Assembly: GCA_047617585.1 (NCBI GenBank)
Contig: JBLGBD010000001.1
Location: 53,454 to 117,453, forward strand
DNA length: 64,000 nt
Direction: 5' to 3'
From: Pseudohongiellaceae bacterium
GTDB lineage: Bacteria > Pseudomonadota > Gammaproteobacteria > Pseudomonadales > Pseudohongiellaceae
Numbering within the stretch: the first letter of the stretch is position 1; each line of letters starts with the position of its first letter. Made by a program: the position numbers and the translations under genes. Shown here one piece after another: positions 50,561-58,086 of this stretch. Under the pieces are notes generated by a model. That model was not told where the DNA came from. It worked only from the letters and a program-made list of their open reading frames with translations, and did no database searches.

Positions 50561-51172
50561 ATGGTGAGCTTGCGAAATTTAAGTCCAAAACAAGTTCCTG
50601 TGCTGCTGGCGCTATTAGCCTTGGGCTATGTCAGTCCGGGGGTTAACGCTCAGCCTTTCGACTTATCACGCTATCAAAAGAGCCCTGATATTACAGGATT
50701 CATCGATAAAACAGAAACCTTGCCGAGTGATGATGAGGTTCTTCTCCAAGCGCCTACCGAGCTAAATCTAAAGTTTCCAGTTCAGGCTAGGCTGGTGAAA
50801 TTCACCCTGCGCACGGATTCACGAGACTGGGTCGATATCCAGTTTAGATATAATCCTCGAGCCTCTACTCAATACGTGATGCAGCTGCCCAAGCTCATTG
50901 ACGCAAGCTATTACACAGCTGATTGGGCTGTTCTTGACAGTGATGATACCTTGCTAAGAGGTAGCTTTAGTTTTGCCTTTGGCGAGACTGCAGAGCGTCC
51001 TTCAGTGATTGAAGCGGCTAAAGAATTGTTGTTGGAGCAGCGCTACGGCGACCCAACCATTCGCTATGTGCCGCCACCTCGAACAGAAATTATTATCTCT
51101 CGCGATCCCCCGCAGTTTGATCCGCCGTTTACCATTCAGCTCAATAGCGAAGCCAAGAAGCAAAGCGATTGA
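50561..51172 (+). CDS. CopC-like fold protein lacking the N-terminal His, with a C-terminal extension; paralog of 49108-49614
   Basis: Signal peptide (..SPGVNA). It is collinear with the neighbouring paralog: SDDEVLLQAPTELNLKF...LVKFTL...YYTADWAVLDSDDTLLRGSFSFAFG against QDDAVLNDPPRMITMSF...LLKLAL...YYIAKWSVTDDRSRLLNGEFLFSFG. I chose the ATG at 50561 over the ORF-track GTG at 50510. Confidence 0.5.
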   Translation: MVSLRNLSPKQVPVLLALLALGYVSPGVNAQPFDLSRYQKSPDITGFIDKTETLPSDDEVLLQAPTELNLKFPVQARLVKFTLRTDSRDWVDIQFRYNPRASTQYVMQLPKLIDASYYTADWAVLDSDDTLLRGSFSFAFGETAERPSVIEAAKELLLEQRYGDPTIRYVPPPRTEIIISRDPPQFDPPFTIQLNSEAKKQSD

Positions 51173-51368
51173 GTAGGGCCCACAGTCTTAGTTTGACTCG
51201 ATATTACTGGTTGAGACAGCAAGCGCGGCTGCTGCTGCGGACATGTATGGGCTGGCGTAATTGCGGATGGTTTGCTAGATGGTTAGACAGGGCCAAGGAT
51301 TGAAGCGGCAAGCATTTGCTGCAATGCCGCTTTAACTTGAAGCTTGGAGGGGTAAACTTAAGGGCGAG

Positions 51369-52304
51369 TTACTCAGAGACCTCGACTGTGATGTAATCAT
51401 CGTGATAGAGCCCGCCATCGTCCGCTCGACCCCAAAGGATATAAGTGCCAGGCTGATCAAAGGTAGCAGTCACCTCGTATAATCCATCTTCAGGTATCTC
51501 AGGCGGCAGCCAAAGAGCTCCCCACGGCGAATTCGCCGAAGTTCGGGTGTCTTCCCAAGGTTTAGGGAACGCCGGCTCAAACGTGACATGCCCTGGGCCA
51601 CGGTATTTGTTCCAAGACAAAAACAAGCCATTAACCTTGCCCACAGTGATTCGAGTTGGCGGCCTAAACATACGGGCTTTCGCGCTGCGCTCGGTTAGAG
51701 TGGATTCTCGCCTCGGTTTAGGTAGGCCATCGTCCAAAACTTGGGTCACAAATTCTAAGGCTTCGCCCACCCTTGCAGTGCGGATTTTATCCCCCTGAAC
51801 AGTGACCTGTGGGGAGGTATTAGAGCGGGATTCTGGGCTTGAAGTGCCTGCGCCCAAAGATCCGGTTTCTGATGCAATAACTATGTTGTCTACCTGATAG
51901 TCAGCGTTGAGAGTGGCATAGGCTTTGCGCTCGACTCCATTGACATTCAGCGTCCATACCAGTTCTCTATCCCCCCAATCAGCCGGGACTACGACTTCAA
52001 AGTTGAAGCGGTTGCGGCGTGGCAAGAAATGAGTAGGCTGGCCTTTATCGGCATCGCCTGGTGAGAAATAGTTGTTTTCACCGACATCGACATCCGGTTG
52101 TTCCAGCCAGTTTTCATTCATATAGCCGAACATGAAGCTGAATGAACCGTCATCATTTGGGCGCCAACCTTCATAGGCTGGTTCCACATGTTGTCCGGTT
52201 TGGTAAGTCTGTGCCAGGAGAGGTGAGGCGAGTACTAATAAAATTGAGCTTAATGCCCAAGCCAAGGCGGCTTGGGCATTAGTCAGTCGGGTCATAAGAT
52301 TCAT
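51369..52304 (-). CDS. Hypothetical secreted protein, downstream partner of the heme-c/monooxygenase-like gene
   Basis: Signal peptide (LLVLASPLLAQ). It starts 9 nt after the upstream stop. I recognise no motif. Confidence 0.5.
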   Translation of the reverse strand: MNLMTRLTNAQAALAWALSSILLVLASPLLAQTYQTGQHVEPAYEGWRPNDDGSFSFMFGYMNENWLEQPDVDVGENNYFSPGDADKGQPTHFLPRRNRFNFEVVVPADWGDRELVWTLNVNGVERKAYATLNADYQVDNIVIASETGSLGAGTSSPESRSNTSPQVTVQGDKIRTARVGEALEFVTQVLDDGLPKPRRESTLTERSAKARMFRPPTRITVGKVNGLFLSWNKYRGPGHVTFEPAFPKPWEDTRTSANSPWGALWLPPEIPEDGLYEVTATFDQPGTYILWGRADDGGLYHDDYITVEVSE

Positions 52305-52313
52305 CTATAACCC

Positions 52314-53762
52314 TTAATCGTTTGCTGCCACATCGTTGCCAGCAGTATCTTCGCTTTCTTCAGCTACAGGGGCCACTAAAGGCGCGAGGCACAGCGGGCA
52401 GCCAATGACGTGATCATTGGGACCAAGATCAAGTACTTGGCGACGCTCTTCCATGGCTTCCAAAAACTGCTCGTCAGTCATGGTGACGCGAATTCCCAAA
52501 TCAATAAACATATTAGTCACTGAGCGGTTGCCCGAACCTTGCCAGTTACGTGGGTCAGGCACGTTAGGGTTGCTGTCAGTGTTGTTCATGTATCCAGTGA
52601 TGTGCAGGATTGTGCCTTTAGGCAGAAGCGGTGCAGCATGATCTTCATAGGGGTAGCCGCGAACCCAGTTGTGGTCATAACCAACGCAGGAAAGGGTTTC
52701 AATGGTGTAGCCCCAGATAGCCTCTAGACACATACGCTCGCCAGGGGCGTGTAAGTGTGGCTCGAAGGTGATTACTTTAGTGTGCTGATTCAGCACCGTA
52801 TAGGCATGGAGTTCTTGGTCTTTCTTGTTGCCTTGGATAGAGATATCCACGCCATTTCCGAGCCCAATAAAGGCGTTTTTGTACTTAGGTTCATAGTCTT
52901 TTTCATGAAACACAAAGCCCACTTCTAAGTGGCCGGTGGTATCGCGACCATTGGAATGCAGGTGAACAGAATCGGAAACGATCCATGAACCTGCTTTTAA
53001 CAATCGGCCTGCATCCTCATCGAAAATATCTGCATTGCGGCCCACTTCATGCACTGGCCACGGCAATGAAATTTGTCCTGCTGCACGCTCACCGTTTTCA
53101 TCTAATTCGGCTGTGCCCCATATCATATGGTGAAATATGTAGCGACCACCAACTGTGTCGCGACCAGTACCAGCTTGGTTGTTGACGTCATTAACTTCAA
53201 CAACTTCAACTGATTTGACATAGCGATCTTCAGTTAATCCGGTTGGGATGTAATCAATCTCGCCCCACCAGTCTGGCGTGCCAGCAAGCTTAGTAATGTC
53301 ATTCATCACAACCACCAGATCAGGCTGCCCTGCATGCCACTTTTGGCTGTCATCGAACGCCAGTGCTTCAGGTGCATCAGCAACATCACCCTTAGGGGTG
53401 CCTGAGCGAGCCCAGCTAGAGATTGCGGCGAGATCTGCATCGCTTAACGAAGGGTCGTCTTTATAGTCTTGAATACCGATGTTCTTTTCCATATACCAAG
53501 GTGGCATGGCACCAGCACGGTCTCTAAGGCCTGTTTTGTACTCAATCAAACCCGCATAAGGAGCCACCTGATCGTAAGTAACCAATGGCATAGGTCCGGC
53601 ACCGCCTTCTCTATGACAACCCTGACAGCTGCGCTGTAAAATCGGTTCGATGTCTTTGTGAAATGTAACTTCGCCTGACTGGGCTGAAGCTAGGCCTGAC
53701 AGCGTGCTTGCTGCGGCGAATAAAGCGCTGCTTAATAAAACTCTTGCAGAAACAATGCGCAT
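52314..53762 (-). CDS. Periplasmic c-type heme protein fused to a domain with copper monooxygenase (PHM/DBH)-like His/Met motifs
   Basis: The ATG at 53762 has an AGGAG RBS 10 nt upstream, and a signal peptide follows. The CQGCH heme-binding site is encoded at 53613-53627, followed by ...AGPMPL...MPPW. Downstream motifs are FHHMIW, SVHLHSNGR (compare PHM VHTHHLGK), EPHLHAPG and ERMCLE (compare PHM EMCNLY). Confidence 0.6.
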   Translation of the reverse strand: MRIVSARVLLSSALFAAASTLSGLASAQSGEVTFHKDIEPILQRSCQGCHREGGAGPMPLVTYDQVAPYAGLIEYKTGLRDRAGAMPPWYMEKNIGIQDYKDDPSLSDADLAAISSWARSGTPKGDVADAPEALAFDDSQKWHAGQPDLVVVMNDITKLAGTPDWWGEIDYIPTGLTEDRYVKSVEVVEVNDVNNQAGTGRDTVGGRYIFHHMIWGTAELDENGERAAGQISLPWPVHEVGRNADIFDEDAGRLLKAGSWIVSDSVHLHSNGRDTTGHLEVGFVFHEKDYEPKYKNAFIGLGNGVDISIQGNKKDQELHAYTVLNQHTKVITFEPHLHAPGERMCLEAIWGYTIETLSCVGYDHNWVRGYPYEDHAAPLLPKGTILHITGYMNNTDSNPNVPDPRNWQGSGNRSVTNMFIDLGIRVTMTDEQFLEAMEERRQVLDLGPNDHVIGCPLCLAPLVAPVAEESEDTAGNDVAAND

Positions 53763-53997
53763 ATCTACGCGACTCCTCATAACTGGATGGTTGGTTCTTA
53801 TCAATGATAGACAACTTTTGATCTGGCGGGACTTTAGCATTTCTACGCTAGAAATTGAATGGAATCAGCGTGGTTTTCAGATGAAATACCAACTTTTACC
53901 GATGATTTTTTGAGAATTACCATCGGCTCGGGGCGATCACCCTACAAATCCGAGTTTTGAGGGGCAAAGAGGGTTGCAAAGGCGCCGTAGCTTGTGT

Positions 53998-54768
53998 TTA
54001 TTCAGTGCCTTTAAGGATCGCCCAGAGATTGCTTGAGCCTAAAAGTGAAACGAAGATTACCAGCAGCCCTAAGCTAAACCATTGTAGTGAATAGGATAAG
54101 TTTTGATTCACATTGACGTTAACCGCAGGCCAGTGCCGCACCAAGGTGCCGGCTTGGTCCTCGGTGAGACGCACTTCGAAAGGAAACAGTGGTTCATCGA
54201 GTATCTGCGAGATTATATCGATTTCCAGGGTACGAATGCGTAAAGGCCACACTGAAGGGTCTATTTCGCTGTCGATGACCCGATTATTGCCATCTGGCAC
54301 ATGAATTTGTGCGCTGACCTGCACCTCACCCTCGACTTCACGCAGGTCTGGCGATACCCCAGCTGGCAAAATTGCGGTAGTCCAGCCGCGGTGAACAAGG
54401 ACAATTTGGCCATTAGAATTGAGCCGCAGTGGGGTTATAACCCCGTAGCCAATTTGGCCCCCAAAAAACTCGGCAACCACTAAAATAGTGCGATCATTGA
54501 GATAGTTGCCCGTTAGCAATACGTGGCGATTTTGCAATTCAGGGTTAGACGGATGCAAGTGGCCGAGCGGAATATTTTCAATGGGCCCAGCGCTGTCGGT
54601 GAGGCTAGCTTCTAACTCTCTTTGCGATTCAACCTTTTCCGCCGCTCGGTCTAATTGCCACAGGCCCAGCCGCGCAAACGTCAATGCTGTCATCAGCACA
54701 CAAGTGACGATTAGCCAGTTTATTTTTATGTGAAAAGCACCCAACGAGAAGGTTTGGCGTGGCTGCAT
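53998..54768 (-). CDS. SURF1-family protein (cytochrome oxidase biogenesis type)
   Basis: The N-terminal TM carries ARLGLWQLDRAAEK and the C-terminal TM carries YSLQWFSLGLLVIF. The length and two-TM topology are typical of SURF1/Shy1. Confidence 0.8.
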   Translation of the reverse strand: MQPRQTFSLGAFHIKINWLIVTCVLMTALTFARLGLWQLDRAAEKVESQRELEASLTDSAGPIENIPLGHLHPSNPELQNRHVLLTGNYLNDRTILVVAEFFGGQIGYGVITPLRLNSNGQIVLVHRGWTTAILPAGVSPDLREVEGEVQVSAQIHVPDGNNRVIDSEIDPSVWPLRIRTLEIDIISQILDEPLFPFEVRLTEDQAGTLVRHWPAVNVNVNQNLSYSLQWFSLGLLVIFVSLLGSSNLWAILKGTE

Positions 54769-54889
54769 AGGGTAAAAGGCCTTCAGTGATTAACGCCGCT
54801 GAGACTAATGGAGTCGAAACTCGAATACAACCTGATCGACGCTAAATAATGACAACGTCAGCCCGTTGTCTGAGCTGTTAAACCACAGC

Positions 54890-55396
54890 CTAGCACAACC
54901 AACACCAATGATAGGGCGGGCGATAGTAGGTGATTAACCGGCCGCAGACTATGACCAAGCTCCAGCTCACAAGCGATACTCCCGCTATGGCTTTGGCGGA
55001 GCCCAAGACCTGCTCAGAAGCCTCTGTGGCGCGAACGCCTCTGGCGCAGAGAGTATAAAAGCACAGCATGTTAAGACCAGCGATGAGCATGAAGCCTAGC
55101 TTAGACAGGAAGGCTGGGTTAAACAGGTATTGATCGGGCGCGCTAACTACAAACATTGTGCCGGTAACTATATTGAGACCGAAGCCTGCAACCCCGAAGG
55201 GGACGAGCCTGTGTAAATCAGAATAGTTAACTCCTCTCGCCACTCCCAGCATTCGAAGGTCGAATACACCGACTGTGCCTAGCAGTAGACACAGTCCAAC
55301 AAAGTGCAAAGATTCGATAATAGGCCAACCCCAGGCCGAATTCATAAATCCTAGAATGCCGGTTTGCAGCGCAAAATTGTATAAGGTATCGAGCAT
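54890..55396 (-). CDS. Integral membrane protein, family unknown
   Basis: About 5 TM helices and the motif IIESLHFVGLCLLLGTVGVFDLRMLG. The start is moved to M29 (55396) to remove a 76-nt overlap with the upstream ORF. Confidence 0.5.
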   Translation of the reverse strand: MLDTLYNFALQTGILGFMNSAWGWPIIESLHFVGLCLLLGTVGVFDLRMLGVARGVNYSDLHRLVPFGVAGFGLNIVTGTMFVVSAPDQYLFNPAFLSKLGFMLIAGLNMLCFYTLCARGVRATEASEQVLGSAKAIAGVSLVSWSLVIVCGRLITYYRPPYHWCWLC

Positions 55397-55404
55397 TGGT
55401 TGAC

Positions 55405-55896
55405 CTAAAAGTAGCGTGACGCGAGCAAGACACTGTGGGTATAGGCTAAGAACCGACCAGCGAATAGGGTGATCAGCCACAAGGCAAGCGCTGCCGCGGC
55501 AAGCTTTTTGAATAGGGCCATCTTATTTTTATCTGCCGCAGCTCTCGTGAGGCTGCGTTGAAAAACTCCGGCGATGATCAAGGCAGCAGTCAAGGCCGCT
55601 AATTTGAGGTAAAACACTGGGTTAGTGAGAGCCTTAGCGGGATAGGCAATGAGCAAAGCGGTGCCTGAAAGAAAAATAACCAGCACACCCCACCAGTGTA
55701 GGGGATAGAAACGGGTAATAGCTGCCGAAAAATTGTTTGGAGCGGCTATCAATAACTGCAGGCACACTGCGACGTTAATACCCACGACTAAGGCCATGGC
55801 CAGAGCATGGATACTGAGGGAGGAGAAAAACGCGACTCCCGATTCCCTTAACAGTATGCTTATGGCGGTTTCTTCGAATCTGGCAAGGTAGAACAA
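55405..55896 (-). CDS. Integral membrane protein, distant paralog of 54890-55396
   Basis: About 4 TM helices. The N-terminal region LRESGVAFFSSLSIHALAMALVVG parallels IIESLHFVGLCLLLG of its neighbour, and the C-terminal G-R-(F/L)-(L/I) tails are similar. Confidence 0.5.
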   Translation of the reverse strand: MFYLARFEETAISILLRESGVAFFSSLSIHALAMALVVGINVAVCLQLLIAAPNNFSAAITRFYPLHWWGVLVIFLSGTALLIAYPAKALTNPVFYLKLAALTAALIIAGVFQRSLTRAAADKNKMALFKKLAAAALALWLITLFAGRFLAYTHSVLLASRYF

Positions 55897-56143
55897 CCGG
55901 GTTTCCTTTTAGATAGAGCTAATTGCTTGGCACTGGCGCCGAAGTGTCTCCTTGGTTAGCGCAGCTGTCAACAAGCGAGCCACTGACACTATTTCGGCTA
56001 ACGGCGTTATCAAAGCAGGGTGCGTTGCTACTGGGTTATGCGCTAGAGTTAGCCCAGATTGCGAATTAAGGCTTTGGCTGGCAGGCTATAATTGTCCGGC
56101 CGCATTTGTGTGATTTATTTGCTCATCAAGTAGGGTTCAATTC

Positions 56144-57370
56144 ATGGAAAGTATGATTAATCTCTCAGCTGTAACTTGGGCCTTAGTTGGCTTGATCGTG
56201 CTGCTGGGCGTCTATTTTCATGGTCCTAGCTACTCGATTCAAACAGTCAAAAATGCCCCGTCGATTCTTACAAGTTTCGGCATATTTGGGACATTTCTCG
56301 GCATCGCGTTTGGCTTAATGGGGTTTAATAGCGCGGACATTGAGGCCAGCGTGCCTTTGATGATCGACGGTTTGGGTGTCGCGGTTTGGTCTTCTATTTC
56401 AGGCATTCTTGCCGCGTTGAGCATACGTCTTCGGTATGCCATTAGCAGTGTGCGCAGCGCGAAACAGGCAGGCAGCAAGCTGGCTACGGTAAATGACCTC
56501 AACACATCGATTTTGGTACTAAATGATAATGTGGCGATGTTAAGGCAGGAGAACCTGGAGCAATCGACAAGTCTGTTGGCCGCCAACGAAAACTATCAGC
56601 AGCAAATGGTTGCGGCGAATACCGATGCCTTAACGACTGCGCTGAGCGGGATCATGCAAGATTTCAACAGCAAAATTGAAGTGCAATACGGTGAAAATTT
56701 CAAAGAGTTTAATGAGTCGTTGGGCAAGCTGTTGGCTTGGCAGCAAAGCTATTCCCAGCAGCTAAACGCGATGCTTGAAATGCATGACTCAAGCTTGAAG
56801 GTGATAGATAAAGCCGGTCAGTCATACCAAGAGATGATCGTCCATTCGCAAGAATTTTCAAAAATCGCAGGGTCTCTCGGCGAATTGTTGGCCGGTCTGG
56901 AGTCACAGACGCGCAACTTAGAGGGCTATCTTTCAGGTCTATCAGGCTTGGTTGGGCAAGCATCAGAAGGCCTACCTGCGTTGGGCGACTATGTTTCTGA
57001 ACTAACGGTTAAATTAAGCGAAAGCATAGAGCAAAACAATAAGAGCCTCACTCAGGTTCTTACCCAGGCATCCAAAGATATTACTAGTACCGTTGATGAG
57101 GTGAATCGGGGTTTGGCAGCATCTGTAGAGTCGGCGCACAGCGGTCTGGCTGAGCATGTAGCGGGGATGTCGAGTAAAACCCAGAAACAAATGGAAATTT
57201 TGGACAAGTCCATGGAGAAGCAGCTTAACCTCGCATTGCAAACCTTTGGCTATCAGTTAACCGCACTGTCAGAAAAGTTTGTCAATGACTATATTCCACT
57301 TACCGATCGCTTAAGAGACTTGGTTACGCTTGCTGAGCAGACTAAGGTTCACAAAGAGAAGGTGCGCTAG
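56144..57370 (+). CDS. MotA/ExbB-family proton-channel-like protein with a ~300-aa C-terminal helical tail (ZorA-like)
   Basis: Three TM helices lie in the first ~100 aa. The last two carry the MotA_ExbB core pattern (SFGIFGTFLGIAFGL and GLGVAVWSSISGILAAL). The rest is Leu/Gln/Ser/Glu-rich and helical (…LGELLAGLESQTRNLEGYLSGLSGLVGQ…). Confidence 0.65.
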   Translation: MESMINLSAVTWALVGLIVLLGVYFHGPSYSIQTVKNAPSILTSFGIFGTFLGIAFGLMGFNSADIEASVPLMIDGLGVAVWSSISGILAALSIRLRYAISSVRSAKQAGSKLATVNDLNTSILVLNDNVAMLRQENLEQSTSLLAANENYQQQMVAANTDALTTALSGIMQDFNSKIEVQYGENFKEFNESLGKLLAWQQSYSQQLNAMLEMHDSSLKVIDKAGQSYQEMIVHSQEFSKIAGSLGELLAGLESQTRNLEGYLSGLSGLVGQASEGLPALGDYVSELTVKLSESIEQNNKSLTQVLTQASKDITSTVDEVNRGLAASVESAHSGLAEHVAGMSSKTQKQMEILDKSMEKQLNLALQTFGYQLTALSEKFVNDYIPLTDRLRDLVTLAEQTKVHKEKVR

Positions 57371-58077
57371 TGACTGTGCTTGAGAACGAATTAGAGCAGG
57401 AGTCCGAAGAGCATTGGATTGCGGTAAGCGATTTGATGAGCGGCCTGATGATGCTATTTTTGCTAATTGCGGTTTTGTATATTGTGATTGTTGCGCGCCA
57501 AAAAGAAGAGATCGAACAAATAGTTCTACTCTATGAAGATTTGCGGGAAGAGCTATACCAAGATTTGCTGACCGAGTTTGAGCTCGATTTGCCGAGATGG
57601 GGTGCGCAGTTGAGCGAAGACCTAAGGCTTCGGTTTACCAATACCCAGCTTTTGTTTGAAGAAGGCGAATCTTATCTGCGGCCCGAATTTAGCGCAATTC
57701 TTGCTGATTTTTTCCCGCGTTATATGCGAATTTTAGCATCTGATACATACCGTGAAGATGTGTTGGAGGTTCGGATTGAAGGGCATACCTCAAGCTCTTG
57801 GTCCCAAGCGCTGGGCAGTGACGATGCCTATCTGCGCAACATGGCGCTGTCACAAGAGCGCACTAGGTCGACCTTAGGCACTATCCTGTCGCTTGCTGAA
57901 GTAGCGGACAATAAACAGTGGCTGCGCCAACGCTTAACAGCAAATGGCCTATCATCATCCCAGCTGATTGTTGGACCGGGGGGAGAAGAGGATCCCCAGC
58001 TTTCAAGAAGAGTCGAGTTTGTCGTTGTTACCGATGCAGAAACGAGACTGGCCACTATTATGCAAGAATTAAAGTAG
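57370..58077 (+). CDS. MotB/OmpA-like peptidoglycan-binding partner (ZorB-like)
   Basis: The GTG start overlaps the upstream stop (TAGTG). The N-terminal TM carries a conserved Asp (HWIAVSDLMSGLMMLFLLIAV). The C-terminal OmpA-like domain has VRIEGHTSS, NMALSQERTRS and SRRVEFVV. Confidence 0.7.
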   Translation: MTVLENELEQESEEHWIAVSDLMSGLMMLFLLIAVLYIVIVARQKEEIEQIVLLYEDLREELYQDLLTEFELDLPRWGAQLSEDLRLRFTNTQLLFEEGESYLRPEFSAILADFFPRYMRILASDTYREDVLEVRIEGHTSSSWSQALGSDDAYLRNMALSQERTRSTLGTILSLAEVADNKQWLRQRLTANGLSSSQLIVGPGGEEDPQLSRRVEFVVVTDAETRLATIMQELK

Positions 58078-58086
58078 CTCAGAGCA

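Noticed and set aside
55397-55480. Upstream start giving a 76-nt overlap between the two tandem membrane protein genes
   Set aside because: An internal Met at 55396 leaves an 8-nt intergenic gap and keeps all predicted helices, so the long overlap is unlikely.
56144-58077. Reading the MotA/MotB-like pair as a flagellar stator, ExbBD or TolQR
   Set aside because: No flagellar, TonB or TolA/Pal genes are nearby. The channel protein lacks the large TM1-TM2 cytoplasmic loop and instead has a ~300-aa tail. Its partner has an OmpA-like domain, unlike ExbD and TolR. Only an HMM or phylogeny check can fully exclude this reading.
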